Made by a program: the position numbers and the translations under genes
Shown here: positions 1 through 9,882 of the stretch, piece by piece
How positions within the stretch are numbered: position 1 is the first letter of the stretch
How the letters are laid out: each line of letters starts with the position of its first letter
The notes under the pieces: model-generated
Told to the model about the DNA's origin: nothing
Database searches by the model: none
Seen by the model: only the letters and a program-made list of their open reading frames with translations
Origin: a virus
Lineage: Duplodnaviria > Caudoviricetes
Length of the DNA stretch: 61,664 bases
Reading direction: 5' to 3' (one strand)
IMG/VR virus record: IMGVR_UViG_3300046488_000260
Coordinates: 1-61,664 of that record

Positions 1-1587
1 ATGGCAAGAAATAGTGCCCGGCGACTTGCAGGCCAGGCGGCGAACGGGACCGCGGCAACCCAACTCAAGATGATCCGCTGCGCGATCTACACGCGGAAGT
101 CCACCGAGGAGGGGCTGCAGCAGGAGTTCAACTCCCTGGATGCCCAGCGGGAGGCTGGCGAAGCGTTCATCGTCAGCCAGAAGCATGAGGGCTGGCAGGT
201 GATCACCGACCCCTTCGATGATGGCGGCTACACTGGCGCCAACATGGATCGCCCGGCACTGAAGCGGCTGCTCGCCGCAGTTGAGGCGCGGGCAGTGGAC
301 TGCATCGTGGTCTACAAAGTTGACCGGCTCAGTCGGTCCCTGATGGACTTCGCGCGGATTGTCGAAGTGCTCGACGAGAATGGCGTGAGCTTTGTGTCGG
401 TCACCCAGCAGTTCAATACGACGACTTCCATCGGCCGGCTGACGCTGAACATCCTCCTATCGTTTGCACAGTTCGAGCGCGAGATCATCTCCGAACGAAC
501 CCGCGACAAGATGTCGGCTGCGCGGCGGAAAGGCAAGTGGATCGGCGGCCATCCCGTCCTGGGATACGATATCGATCCGAAGGGCGGGAGGATCATCGTC
601 AATCCGGAGGAGGCGGAACAGGTTCGAACCCTTTTTGGCCTTTACCTGGAGCTCGGCTCCTTGCTTCCGGTGTTGCAGGAAGCGGACCGGCGCGGCCTGC
701 TGACCAAACGGTGGACCACAGAGGACGGCAAGGTCCGTGGAGGCCAGCGGATTTCCAAGGGCACGCTCCATGGCCTCCTCACCAACCCCATCTACACCGG
801 GATGGTCGACCATAAGGGCAGCCTGTATCCAGGCGAGCACGAGCGGATCATCGATCAGATCACGTGGGATCGAACTCATGAAACCCTTCGGCGAAACAAC
901 GGCGACAACGGCGCCAGCCTGAGAAACAAGTTCGGCGCCCTATTGCGCGGACTACTCTTCTGCGCACCGTGCGGGACCCCCATGGTGCACACCTACACGA
1001 TGCGGAAGTCCAAGCGCTACCGCTACTACGTCTGTTTTAACGCGCAGCAGAAGGGCTGGAAAAACTGCGAGACGAAGTCGGTTTCGGCCCAAGCGATCGA
1101 ATCTGCGGTCCTCGAAAGCATCCGCCGCATTGGGACCGACCCTAAACTGGCCGATGCAGTCGCCACCGAAGCCCTTGACCAAGTGGCTCGCCGGCGGCGG
1201 GAGATTGACCAGGAGTCGGAGACCCACCGGCGACGTATCCGGCAACTCAACCAGAACCTCGCGCGCGAGGCGGCGGACACGAGCGTGGACTCCGGCGCGC
1301 GGTTCGAGCGGATGGCCGCTCTTCAGCATGAGATCGAGACTGTGGAGCGCCGGGCGGCGGAACTGGCGGCCGAGCACAAAGACCTCGATACGGATCACAT
1401 CACCGCCGACGAGCTGCGGCGCACGCTGGCTGAGTTCGACGAGGTCTGGTCCTCCATCACCACCAAGGAGCAGGAGCAGATGATCCATCTACTGGTTGCC
1501 AAGGTCGGCTACGACGGGCGAACCGGCAAGGTCACCGTCAACTTCAGCAACACAGGAGCCAAGGAACTATGCCAAGGAAAGTGCTGA
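1..1587 (+). CDS. Large serine recombinase (integrase)
   Basis: CAIYTRKS catalytic Ser motif, VYKVDRLSRS and FAQFEREIISER resolvase motifs, recombinase domain, CAPCG...YYVC zinc ribbon, coiled coil; start may be ATG at 70. Confidence 0.95.
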   Translation: MARNSARRLAGQAANGTAATQLKMIRCAIYTRKSTEEGLQQEFNSLDAQREAGEAFIVSQKHEGWQVITDPFDDGGYTGANMDRPALKRLLAAVEARAVDCIVVYKVDRLSRSLMDFARIVEVLDENGVSFVSVTQQFNTTTSIGRLTLNILLSFAQFEREIISERTRDKMSAARRKGKWIGGHPVLGYDIDPKGGRIIVNPEEAEQVRTLFGLYLELGSLLPVLQEADRRGLLTKRWTTEDGKVRGGQRISKGTLHGLLTNPIYTGMVDHKGSLYPGEHERIIDQITWDRTHETLRRNNGDNGASLRNKFGALLRGLLFCAPCGTPMVHTYTMRKSKRYRYYVCFNAQQKGWKNCETKSVSAQAIESAVLESIRRIGTDPKLADAVATEALDQVARRRREIDQESETHRRRIRQLNQNLAREAADTSVDSGARFERMAALQHEIETVERRAAELAAEHKDLDTDHITADELRRTLAEFDEVWSSITTKEQEQMIHLLVAKVGYDGRTGKVTVNFSNTGAKELCQGKC

Positions 1588-2018
1588 CCACCATTGCGCC
1601 ACAACCCCGCGCGGGTTACGCGGCTCAAGTTGAGGTGACGATCTCGGTGCGCCAACACCGCTGCAAGTCTGACAAACCGGGGCGGCCCGATCAGGTCCCT
1701 GACCAAGGGCGGCGTCCCCGAGTGCCCAGGATTACGCGTCTGATGGCTCTCGCCATCAAGTTCCAGGAGATGGTCGATCAAGGAGAGATCCACGACTACG
1801 CCGAATTCGCGCGATTAGGTTACGTGACGCGGGCGCGGATCACTCAGATCATGAATCTGCTCCTCCTGGCACCGGCGATCCAGGAAGAGATCCTAGACTG
1901 GGCAGAGACTGCGCCTCAGCCCCTCGTATTGTCCGAACGGACCATGCGCCCGGTTGTACGGACCCTGCTTTGGTCACGCCAGTTGCATCTGTGGCAGAAG
2001 ATCAAATCCTCAAGTTGA
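1569..2018 (+). CDS. Hypothetical HTH-like protein coupled to the serine recombinase
   Basis: Overlaps the integrase end; LMALAIKF...YAEFARLGYVTRARITQIMNLLLLAPAIQEEIL resembles a helix-turn-helix and proteins that follow large serine recombinases. Confidence 0.65.
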   Translation: MPRKVLTTIAPQPRAGYAAQVEVTISVRQHRCKSDKPGRPDQVPDQGRRPRVPRITRLMALAIKFQEMVDQGEIHDYAEFARLGYVTRARITQIMNLLLLAPAIQEEILDWAETAPQPLVLSERTMRPVVRTLLWSRQLHLWQKIKSSS

Positions 2019-2338
2019 AAAATATCGCAGTCCGGAGGCGTGGGTTTTCCACAGACCAACAAACTGAGCAAGCCGAAGCGGGACGCCGACGTCCACCAGG
2101 CACTTGAGAGAAGGCTGCGGCCGCCGAGGACTGCGACTTCCCAGGCTTCTCGCCACACTCCCTCCGCCGCGCCAACATCACTTGGCGGCAGGAGGAACTT
2201 GCGCGCCAGACTCAGGGCTGGCACGCTAAGGCGGCGAAGCGCAGCAAGACTCAGACAGGTCAATGCCCCGCGCGAGATGACGCGACCTAAAGCCCTTTCA
2301 GTCACATGCGCCCCTGATTCCCGGAAGGCCCGGCACTT

Positions 2339-2368
2339 CTGACTACGGGGCATACAACTCGCTATAAT
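2339..2368 (+). promoter_or_regulatory. Putative sigma70 promoter of the GNAT-PIN/ASCH pair
   Basis: Perfect TATAAT at 2363-2368 with CTGACT 18 nt upstream, 45 nt before the GTG at 2413. Confidence 0.45.
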
Positions 2369-2412
2369 TCCGCTTCGGAGTAAAGTTTACGATACATAAG
2401 CAGCCTGCAGAA

Positions 2413-4551
2413 GTGAGCCGTTTCGTCGAACTTGTTCGCGAGCGTGGAGACTCCGAGCGAGATGCCCTCGGCTTTCTTCCTCGGTGCGTTTACAGCGAAG
2501 CTGCGGTACAAGGCAAGTTATACGTGGCTACTGTCAGTGTCGGGGGTGACGAATTCTATGCGGGCCACCTGTTGTTTGGCGGCAGATACCCGCATCTTAG
2601 AGTTTTCCAGATTTACGTAGTGCCCGAGTTCCGCCATCGGAACGTTGGTGGGGATCTCATCGAAGCATTGGCTGCCGATGCTGAGAGGCAGTACTACATC
2701 ACTATTTCGGCGCGTGTTGCCGCAGACCTCCCTGCGAACGACTTCTGGGAGCGGGTCGGCTTTCGCTGCGTTCGGACGGAACAAGGCGGTGCTTCGACTG
2801 GGAGGCGGATTAATGTGCGACGGCGGGAGTTGGACAGCCCAACTCTGTTCAGCGATGCCCGCTCGGACCAATCACCTGCGCGCCCGACAGTTGCCCAGGT
2901 TGAGCAGCCAATCTACGCGCTCGATCTCAATGTGTTGCTGGATGTGATAAAGGACCGTCCTCGGGCGGAGCATGCTCGCAGGTTGCTCACGGCTTCGATG
3001 AGTGGCATGTTGCGGCTTTTCGTTGCACGCGAGTTCGTACACGAGCTTTCCCGTGCCGCTATGGACCCAGCGGCCGATCCCGTTGTCAGGCTTGCGATCT
3101 CATTACCTCAGTTCACGGACGTACCCGACTTGTTGCTGGGCAACCTAAAGCGCGAGTTGGCAGACATAATCTTTGCGACCCGCGCCCAAGCTGGAGAGTT
3201 GCGGGCCCGCGATCACTCGGATCTGTCGCACCTTGCGACGATGATTTACCATTCGGCGTCGGGATTCGTCACCAGCGACGAAACGATTTTGCGTAAGCGA
3301 GAAGAGCTTCGCGCGAAGTACGGCATTGACGTAGTTGGTCCGGCCGAACTCGCTGAAATCTATATGCCTCGTCAGTGGACCGCGGCACAATTGAGCGCGC
3401 TGTCCCCAGACGGCACGCCAATTGAGATTTCCGAAATGAGCGAGGTGCGCCGCAAGGAGGTCGAGACGTTTCTTCTCGCCTGCGCGATGCCTCCGGATCA
3501 AATCACACGTGCGATCTCGCCCGGGCAGTCCGCCTGCCTGCGTCACAGGGTTATCGTGTTGTTTGGAGACACCGTCATCGGCTTTGCGTCCTGGGAGGCA
3601 CCTCGCGGGCCAAAGGCCTCGAGCGAAGCGTGGTTGACGGTCGAGCCAGTTCATACGATGGCAGAACTCGCGTGTAATGTCCTGTTCGACGCTATGTCGC
3701 GTGATGTGTGCGCGAACCGCCCGGCCTCAGTGATTCTGCGAGGTGATCTGTCGAACCGCGAGGTTCGGGGAAGCGCCGTCAGACACGGGTTTCGATCAGC
3801 AACCGCGGAAGCCGGTTTGGAAAGATACGAGAAGTTCTGTGTCGGGACGATCGTAACGCCGGGCAACTGGAACGGGTGCAGTGGGTTGATGAGCAAGATG
3901 TTCGGTTTTAGTTTGCCGGCCAGACCACCTGCATATTCAGGACTCAAGACCGTGATCAAAATCGACGGGCGGGACCGCATACCCGAGGAGATCAAGCTGC
4001 AGGACTTCGAAGCTCAATTCGGGCCCGTCATCCTAATGCTCTCCGACCGCCCTATAGCTGTCGTGCCAATCCAGCGAACCTACGCGGACCAACTACTGAG
4101 GTCGGCCAGCCAACAGTCTTTGTTTCCACCACCGGAAGCCTCTGTGTGGCATGAAAAACTGTACCTAAGCAGTCCGCGGACGCTCTCGGTACTCACACCC
4201 GGTACGATCATTCTTTTTTATGAGTCAATCGGAAACGACGGAGGTCGTGGAGCGATCATTGCCGCAGCACAGGTCATCCGCACGGCCGTTCGCGAGGCGA
4301 TTGACGTGCTCCCTGGTGAGACTCGCCGAGGGGTCTTGAGTTCGGAGGAAATTGGCGCCCTGAGCGTTAGCGGCAGAACGGCACTGACGTTCTTCAATCA
4401 CGTGATGCGGCTGGCCAAACCCGTCGGTCTCAGCCGACTGCGGACACTAGGTTGCGTGGATGGCACAAATTTCGTCACTGCTCGCCGTATCGAGGAATCT
4501 GCTGCATTTGCAATCATTCAAGAGGGAGAACCGAGTGTCAAATTGTCGTGA
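2413..4551 (+). CDS. GNAT acetyltransferase - PIN nuclease - GNAT-like - EVE/PUA-like multidomain protein
   Basis: QIYVVPEFRHRNVG...ANDFWERVGF (GNAT); YALDLNVLLD...D..HLA...FVTSD (PIN acidic motifs); C-terminal VVPIQ...PGTIILFYES (EVE/PUA-like). Confidence 0.75.
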   Translation: MSRFVELVRERGDSERDALGFLPRCVYSEAAVQGKLYVATVSVGGDEFYAGHLLFGGRYPHLRVFQIYVVPEFRHRNVGGDLIEALAADAERQYYITISARVAADLPANDFWERVGFRCVRTEQGGASTGRRINVRRRELDSPTLFSDARSDQSPARPTVAQVEQPIYALDLNVLLDVIKDRPRAEHARRLLTASMSGMLRLFVAREFVHELSRAAMDPAADPVVRLAISLPQFTDVPDLLLGNLKRELADIIFATRAQAGELRARDHSDLSHLATMIYHSASGFVTSDETILRKREELRAKYGIDVVGPAELAEIYMPRQWTAAQLSALSPDGTPIEISEMSEVRRKEVETFLLACAMPPDQITRAISPGQSACLRHRVIVLFGDTVIGFASWEAPRGPKASSEAWLTVEPVHTMAELACNVLFDAMSRDVCANRPASVILRGDLSNREVRGSAVRHGFRSATAEAGLERYEKFCVGTIVTPGNWNGCSGLMSKMFGFSLPARPPAYSGLKTVIKIDGRDRIPEEIKLQDFEAQFGPVILMLSDRPIAVVPIQRTYADQLLRSASQQSLFPPPEASVWHEKLYLSSPRTLSVLTPGTIILFYESIGNDGGRGAIIAAAQVIRTAVREAIDVLPGETRRGVLSSEEIGALSVSGRTALTFFNHVMRLAKPVGLSRLRTLGCVDGTNFVTARRIEESAAFAIIQEGEPSVKLS

Positions 4552-4963
4552 CATCCTAATTTCATTGAATCCTGCATACACGCAAGCCATACTAGACGGG
4601 CGAAAAACCGTGGAACTGCGGCGTCGCCGTTTGCATGTTGGGAACGGTACTCGGATCTGGATCTATTCGAAAACTCCCACTGCGCGAATCGAGGCAACAG
4701 CGTGCGTTCAACAGATTCACGAAGGCGATTTGGAAGGAATTTGGTCCGAGTTTGGGAACGCCGCGGGCATTTCCAAAGCTGAGTTCGACCGCTACTTTGC
4801 TGGATGCTCGACGGGATGTGCCGTAGTCCTTGACAGCGTTTGCGCTCTCGTCCCTGCCCTGGATTTGTCGACGATGAAGTCCGAAGTCGCAGGATTCCAC
4901 CCACCTCAGTTCTTCAAGCGCCTTCGAACAGAGGAACTTGAGACGCTATTGCAGATGCGCTAA
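4535..4963 (+). CDS. ASCH domain protein
   Basis: ILISLNPAYTQAILDGRKTVELRR contains the ASCH GxKxxExR motif; GTG at 4535 follows a GGGAG RBS and overlaps the upstream gene. Confidence 0.85.
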   Translation: MSNCRDILISLNPAYTQAILDGRKTVELRRRRLHVGNGTRIWIYSKTPTARIEATACVQQIHEGDLEGIWSEFGNAAGISKAEFDRYFAGCSTGCAVVLDSVCALVPALDLSTMKSEVAGFHPPQFFKRLRTEELETLLQMR

Positions 4964-5070
4964 TCCGCGTTCCTTCTCCGGATCACTGGCGCAGCGGCAC
5001 CTGACTGCCGGCAACCGGAAGTCCTGACGGCACCGAGAGAGTGGAGTGTCGGTCCAATGAATTTCGCGTG

Positions 5071-5403
5071 ATGCCTCTTTCTCCGCCTACCGCGACGAAC
5101 ACTTGCGCCCTGTGCCTGCGGACGGGATCCGCTGTGATGAGCCACGCTCCCTGCTGGCTTCTACCGGCTCCTGCGAAGCGTCACCGACAACAAAAACCCA
5201 AACCCGATCGCGATCGGCCAGGACATCTCGCTTCAGACCACAGGCCAAATCGAAGCCCCGCTGCTGTGCTCGGACTGCGAGCAACGATTCAACACGAGCA
5301 ACGATTCAACAACGGTGGCGAGCGATGGGTGCAGCAAAACTGCTTCCGTGGAACCAGCTTCAGGCTTCAGGACGCACTTAAGGCGGCGCGGCCATTCGAT
5401 CGG
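5071..5403 (+). pseudogene. Decayed HNH-like/zinc-finger gene remnant
   Basis: CALC...SH then, in a shifted frame, LPAGFYRLLR...LLCSDCEQRFNNGGERW; frameshift near 5146 and a 17-bp tandem duplication; runs into the convergent gene. Confidence 0.55.
5278..5311 (+). repeat. 17-bp perfect tandem duplication CGAGCAACGATTCAACA x2
   Basis: Copies at 5278-5294 and 5295-5311. Confidence 0.95.
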
Positions 5404-6168
5404 TCACGCCGCACGCTCGCGTTCGAAAAACTGCGGGCCGTTCTGCCGAAAGTCGTCAAGAGACGGAAACTGCTTGTCGCTGGCGCTGGTGATTCGGGTA
5501 CGATCCTTCTTCGTGATCCCGCTTTCGAAATCCTGGTGCACCATCACGCCCTTAAAGGGGATGCGCCGTCGCTGAAACTCCAGACATGAAATGGTGGCCA
5601 GCCGTGCCTTGTCGTTGTCCTTCACTCCGAACAGGAAAAGCGGACGCGAGTCGATGTCGAACTGGTAATCCACCTCGTACTCATCGTGGTCCGGAATCGG
5701 CAACGTGTTCCGGCGCGGGTTGTACTCGGCCAATTTTTCCTCGACAAACTCGGCCAGTTGTTCGTAGAAAAGGTTCTGGATGACCTCCCGCTTGTAGTAC
5801 TGCATGCTGGAGACTTTGGCGACCGTCTGCGCGAACTGAAGCAGCGCCGGGTACAGCCGTTCGGGCTCGGCCTCGATATACAACCGTCCGTCCTGTTCCT
5901 GAATCCGGTTTTCCGACAAGATGCGGTTGAAGATGCGCTGTTTGTTCTCGGTGTCCAGGTCGTAGGTGTACGTGAGACGCATCAGCGTCAGCCCATGGTC
6001 ACCGATCCGGACCTTACCGGAACCGTTCACGGGTTCATCGAGGAAGATGTCCACCATGTCGCCGTCTTCGTGAAACAACGGGGCCAGGACCTGGAGCACG
6101 CCCGGGCGGCGTTCTCGGAACGCCACATGGCCGTTGAACTGCTGTTTCAGTAAATCCAAGCCGGTCAT
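5404..6168 (-). CDS. DUF1828/DUF1829-like protein
   Basis: APLFHEDGDMVDIFL...VRIGDHGLTLMRL N-terminus typical of DUF1828; C-terminal restriction-fold-like YEVDYQF segment. Confidence 0.7.
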   Translation of the reverse strand: MTGLDLLKQQFNGHVAFRERRPGVLQVLAPLFHEDGDMVDIFLDEPVNGSGKVRIGDHGLTLMRLTYTYDLDTENKQRIFNRILSENRIQEQDGRLYIEAEPERLYPALLQFAQTVAKVSSMQYYKREVIQNLFYEQLAEFVEEKLAEYNPRRNTLPIPDHDEYEVDYQFDIDSRPLFLFGVKDNDKARLATISCLEFQRRRIPFKGVMVHQDFESGITKKDRTRITSASDKQFPSLDDFRQNGPQFFERERAA

Positions 6169-6686
6169 TGGGTTGGCTCCTCAGTGGGGAATGGCAGTAT
6201 CCCCTGGGCGAGATCCGCGAAATACGTCCGTGCGTCCGTGATGTTCGTCGCCCTCAGGAAATACTGTACCGCCTCTTCATAGGACGCAAAATCCCTGTTG
6301 ATCGTCGCGGCTCTTTCCGGCCGCAGTCCCGCGTCGATCATCTCCGCGCTGGCTCGGTGGACGTGGTAGTCCCAATGCGGATGGTCTGGATCGAACGATT
6401 CGTTGTAACCGCCGTGAGGCCCGTTGCAGCGGAGCAGGACCACTTCTCCGGACCCATCCTTCGCCAGGAACGCCAGGCCGACACTGAAATTCTCTGGCAG
6501 GTCCTCGCTGCGCCTCATGAACACGCGGAACTCCAGTTTTCCGTCGGTTGACTTCAGACGCATGTCGTTGCGGAGGTGCCCGCGATCCAGTTTCATATCT
6601 CGCTTCGGCGCTTCGGAAACCACCTTGGGGCAGGCAATCAGATCGTCGATCTCCTGCTGGGTGTACCGCCGTGGCGACGTGGCCAT
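6165..6686 (-). CDS. Hypothetical protein (DUF6978-like, His-rich), partner of the DUF1828-like gene
   Basis: FSVGL...LLRCNGPHG...HVH motif; ATGA-coupled to the next gene. Confidence 0.55.
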   Translation of the reverse strand: MATSPRRYTQQEIDDLIACPKVVSEAPKRDMKLDRGHLRNDMRLKSTDGKLEFRVFMRRSEDLPENFSVGLAFLAKDGSGEVVLLRCNGPHGGYNESFDPDHPHWDYHVHRASAEMIDAGLRPERAATINRDFASYEEAVQYFLRATNITDARTYFADLAQGILPFPTEEPTQ

Positions 6687-6687
6687 C

Positions 6688-9600
6688 TCAGAGTCCTCCT
6701 CGCAAGGCGTGGTCGCGGTCCAGTTCCGGCCGCACAGATTCTGCCCGCGCCAGGTACTCCATCTCCTTGTCGAGCAACTGAGGGTTCCGGCAGACGTGGA
6801 AGCCCCAGGCGCCCGACTGGCCCCAGTTGTTCACCGCCTCCACCCACCGGTTCGCCGCGGTGTGCTTGGCCTTCGTCTGGTCGTCTTCGAAACCCTTGAT
6901 TTCCAGCACCACGGTCACTCCGTTACTCAGCCGCACCAGAAAATCTGGTTCGTAAGCGTGGTCGATCCCCATGTACTCGTACGGGATCGTCAGCCCCATG
7001 TGGTCGTTGCGGGCATAAAACTGCACGGCATCGCTCGATTCCAACCGGAAGCCCGCGCTCGATTCCCACACCAGATTGTCCAGCACGACCTGGTCGATGT
7101 GGCTCTTCACCGTCGCGTGGCAGGCGCGCGTAGTTTTGAAATCAACCTCAGCAGTTGTGCCGATCGGCTTATAGCGATTGGTGATCGGCATCAGCGGCGC
7201 CTCACCTTCGGATTCATCCGGCACGATGGCATCCCGCAGCCGCTCCACCAGCCGCTGGACGTATTTCGCCAGGCCTAACTCGCAAGGATCACAGTTCTGG
7301 AAGTTCACCTTGCGGCGCACATAGTCGTCCACGTATCGGAAAACCTGCGGGAAAAGCTGATGTCGCGATTGCAGCGCCAGCACACGTCGCCGCCGATCCT
7401 TTACACCGGCGTCCGCCACCGTCAACTGATCCACGATGAGACGCGCGATTTCAAACTCGATGGTTTGTAGGTGCGTTTCGCGGTAGTATTCCTCGCGGTT
7501 CTGCTCGGCGAATGGGAACGGACTGCCGTGCGCCGACGCACTGCCTTCCGCGTACCCGACGGTGGGCCGCACAAACGTGGCGGTCGGTTCCCGGTTCGGC
7601 TCGATGTCCAGCACCGGCATCCCATCCACGTCGCACCGGATCAGGTTCTTCTGCAGCGCGAAGGCGTAGCCCTCCACCACCGGGAAGCGCATCTCCATGG
7701 CCTTCCGTTCCGGCAGGGCGCGCACATGATTCTTGGGCCGATCATCGGGCGCAGGCGCCTTCACCGGCCGCCCCTTGAACGGGATCACCGAGAACGGGAT
7801 GCCATAGACGTCCACGTACTCCTCGGTAAGCAGGCCGGTCTTCGGATCGGGCACGTAGTCCATGCGCCTTAGCCCGCGCCCCACTACCTGCTCGCATAGC
7901 AACTGGCTGCCGAAGGCCCGCACTCCCAGGATGTGAGTGACGTTGTTCGCGTCCCACCCCTCGGTCAGCATGGAGACCGACACCACGCAGCGCACGTGCT
8001 CGCCCGCCTGCCCCGGCTTGCCCACAGTAGCCACCACCTGCCGCAACTCCTCGGCGGCGTCCAGCCTCTTCTTCTTCGGATCGTCGCTCTCGGCCTCGGC
8101 CAGCAGCTTGGTATCGATCCGGATCGTCCGGTTCACATCGGGAGTGTTCGAGAAGTGCTCGGGGAAGATCGCTCCCTTTCCGTACACCGTGGTCGTCTTA
8201 CGCTTGCCGGATTTCGCCAGCTTCTGTTTCGCTGCTTCGGGCGCGCCGTCGCCATTCCCATCTTCATCCTCGCCAAGCACCTCGGCAACGTCGGCTTCGG
8301 TGACCGTCTCCGTCTCCGCTTCCCCGCTGATCTTCCGGTAGAAGACCTCGGCGATGTCGGTGTTGTCGCAAACCAGGATGAGCACGGGCGGTACGTGCTC
8401 CTGCCCCGGCGTTGCCGCCTCCATCTGTAGAAACCGCTCCTTCCACTGGGAGGCGATCTGCAGGAGGGCGCCTTCGGCTTCGCGGTAAACCACCTCCGGT
8501 TTGGGCCGTTTCGACTTGCCGGGCAGTCGCTCGCCGGGTTCCAGGCTTTCGTTGATCGCCTTCCACAGCTTGAAGTACTTCGGATCGGGCCTGCCCGTCG
8601 TGTCCAGTACCGGCAGGCGCGGAATCTTCACGATGCCACTCTCGATGGCGTCCACCAGGCCGAAGTCGCTCACAATCCACGGAAACGGCCTGCCCTCGGG
8701 GTAACCGCTCCCCTTCAGATAAAACGGCGTCGCGGAAAGGTCCAGGCAGATCGAGATACCTGGCTTGGTAGCGGGATCGGTGGTGCAGTTGTTGATCCGG
8801 TCCAGACCATCTAGCCAGACGCGCGCCTCTTCCACTTCATCCTTGTCCACCGTAGCGAAGTCTTCTTCGGTCGCCGCCGGGCGCCAGCAGTGGTGTCCCT
8901 CATCGTTCATCACCATGATGGGCAGCCGGTCGTACAGGTCTTCCAGCACCCGGCGCGCAAACGTATCCGGCGTCTCCGGACCTTTGTTCACCACCGCATA
9001 GCTCTTGCCGCCCTCCACGTGCTCCGATTCAGGCGCAAACCGGTGCCAGTTCGTCACCAGCACTTTTCCGGACTGCATGAGCGGACGGTATTTCACCGGA
9101 ACGATGTCGAACGCCTCGTAGTAGTTGTCCGGGCGCTCCGGGCGCAACACCTGCAAGCGCTCCTTCACCGTAAGGTTCGGGCAGCAGATCAAAACCCCGT
9201 TGGGGTAGAGGGTGGTCGCCGGATTCTGGCCGCGATTGCAGAACGCCCATGCCACTACCATGGACATGACCACGGTCTTGCCGCTGCCCGTCGCCATCTT
9301 ACACGCGATGCGGCGCAGCGCCGATAGCGTTGCATCCTGCCCCGGATCGATCAGTCGCGGAAAGAAGTCCTGGCCCAGCTTGCTGAATGACGGGCGTTCT
9401 CCGGCGAGCAGCCGCTTCAGGTCCTCTTTACTGAGCTTGGGATTTCCGCGAATCCCAACCTTTCCGGGGAACCGGATTTCCAGCAAATAGATGATCGTCT
9501 CGACAGCTTCGAGCTGACAGAAGAATAACCGCCGTGCGCGGTCTGTGCGCGCCCAGTGGCGCAGCAGATCGCGCGTAACGTTGGTTGCGCCCGGATACTC

Positions 9601-9882
9601 TGCATCGCGCCACTTCTGAACGTCCTCGCGCAGAGCGTTGACCAGCGGAAGGTCATCCCGCTCCTCCTCGGCAAGTAGACTCAGTTGGGCACTGCCGGTA
9701 CGCTCCGTCTTGAACCAATAGCTGGCATCGCGCCGTATTCCCGCACGGCTCGCCGCTCCGCTCTCCTTATCGTAGATCCAGTGGTCGCGCGGCGGTTCGT
9801 ATGGACTACAGAGGATAGGGCGATCCACTGGCTGCACGGGCATTTGCTCCTGCCCGGGCGTGACGGAGGCCTTCTTAGCCAC
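6688..9882 (-). CDS. res: Type III-like restriction endonuclease Res subunit (SF2 helicase plus PD-(D/E)XK nuclease)
   Basis: MATGSGKT Walker A, NDEGHH, LSATP, SMLTEGWD, QVVGRGLR and C-terminal YEPDFLV...LEIKG. Confidence 0.92.
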   Translation of the reverse strand: MAKKASVTPGQEQMPVQPVDRPILCSPYEPPRDHWIYDKESGAASRAGIRRDASYWFKTERTGSAQLSLLAEEERDDLPLVNALREDVQKWRDAEYPGATNVTRDLLRHWARTDRARRLFFCQLEAVETIIYLLEIRFPGKVGIRGNPKLSKEDLKRLLAGERPSFSKLGQDFFPRLIDPGQDATLSALRRIACKMATGSGKTVVMSMVVAWAFCNRGQNPATTLYPNGVLICCPNLTVKERLQVLRPERPDNYYEAFDIVPVKYRPLMQSGKVLVTNWHRFAPESEHVEGGKSYAVVNKGPETPDTFARRVLEDLYDRLPIMVMNDEGHHCWRPAATEEDFATVDKDEVEEARVWLDGLDRINNCTTDPATKPGISICLDLSATPFYLKGSGYPEGRPFPWIVSDFGLVDAIESGIVKIPRLPVLDTTGRPDPKYFKLWKAINESLEPGERLPGKSKRPKPEVVYREAEGALLQIASQWKERFLQMEAATPGQEHVPPVLILVCDNTDIAEVFYRKISGEAETETVTEADVAEVLGEDEDGNGDGAPEAAKQKLAKSGKRKTTTVYGKGAIFPEHFSNTPDVNRTIRIDTKLLAEAESDDPKKKRLDAAEELRQVVATVGKPGQAGEHVRCVVSVSMLTEGWDANNVTHILGVRAFGSQLLCEQVVGRGLRRMDYVPDPKTGLLTEEYVDVYGIPFSVIPFKGRPVKAPAPDDRPKNHVRALPERKAMEMRFPVVEGYAFALQKNLIRCDVDGMPVLDIEPNREPTATFVRPTVGYAEGSASAHGSPFPFAEQNREEYYRETHLQTIEFEIARLIVDQLTVADAGVKDRRRRVLALQSRHQLFPQVFRYVDDYVRRKVNFQNCDPCELGLAKYVQRLVERLRDAIVPDESEGEAPLMPITNRYKPIGTTAEVDFKTTRACHATVKSHIDQVVLDNLVWESSAGFRLESSDAVQFYARNDHMGLTIPYEYMGIDHAYEPDFLVRLSNGVTVVLEIKGFEDDQTKAKHTAANRWVEAVNNWGQSGAWGFHVCRNPQLLDKEMEYLARAESVRPELDRDHALRGGL

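Noticed and set aside
2019-2412. ORFs 2040-2342 (+) and 1916-2353 (-), or an att site
   Set aside because: Low-complexity Arg/Ala/Ser translations with no motif; no convincing att inverted repeat
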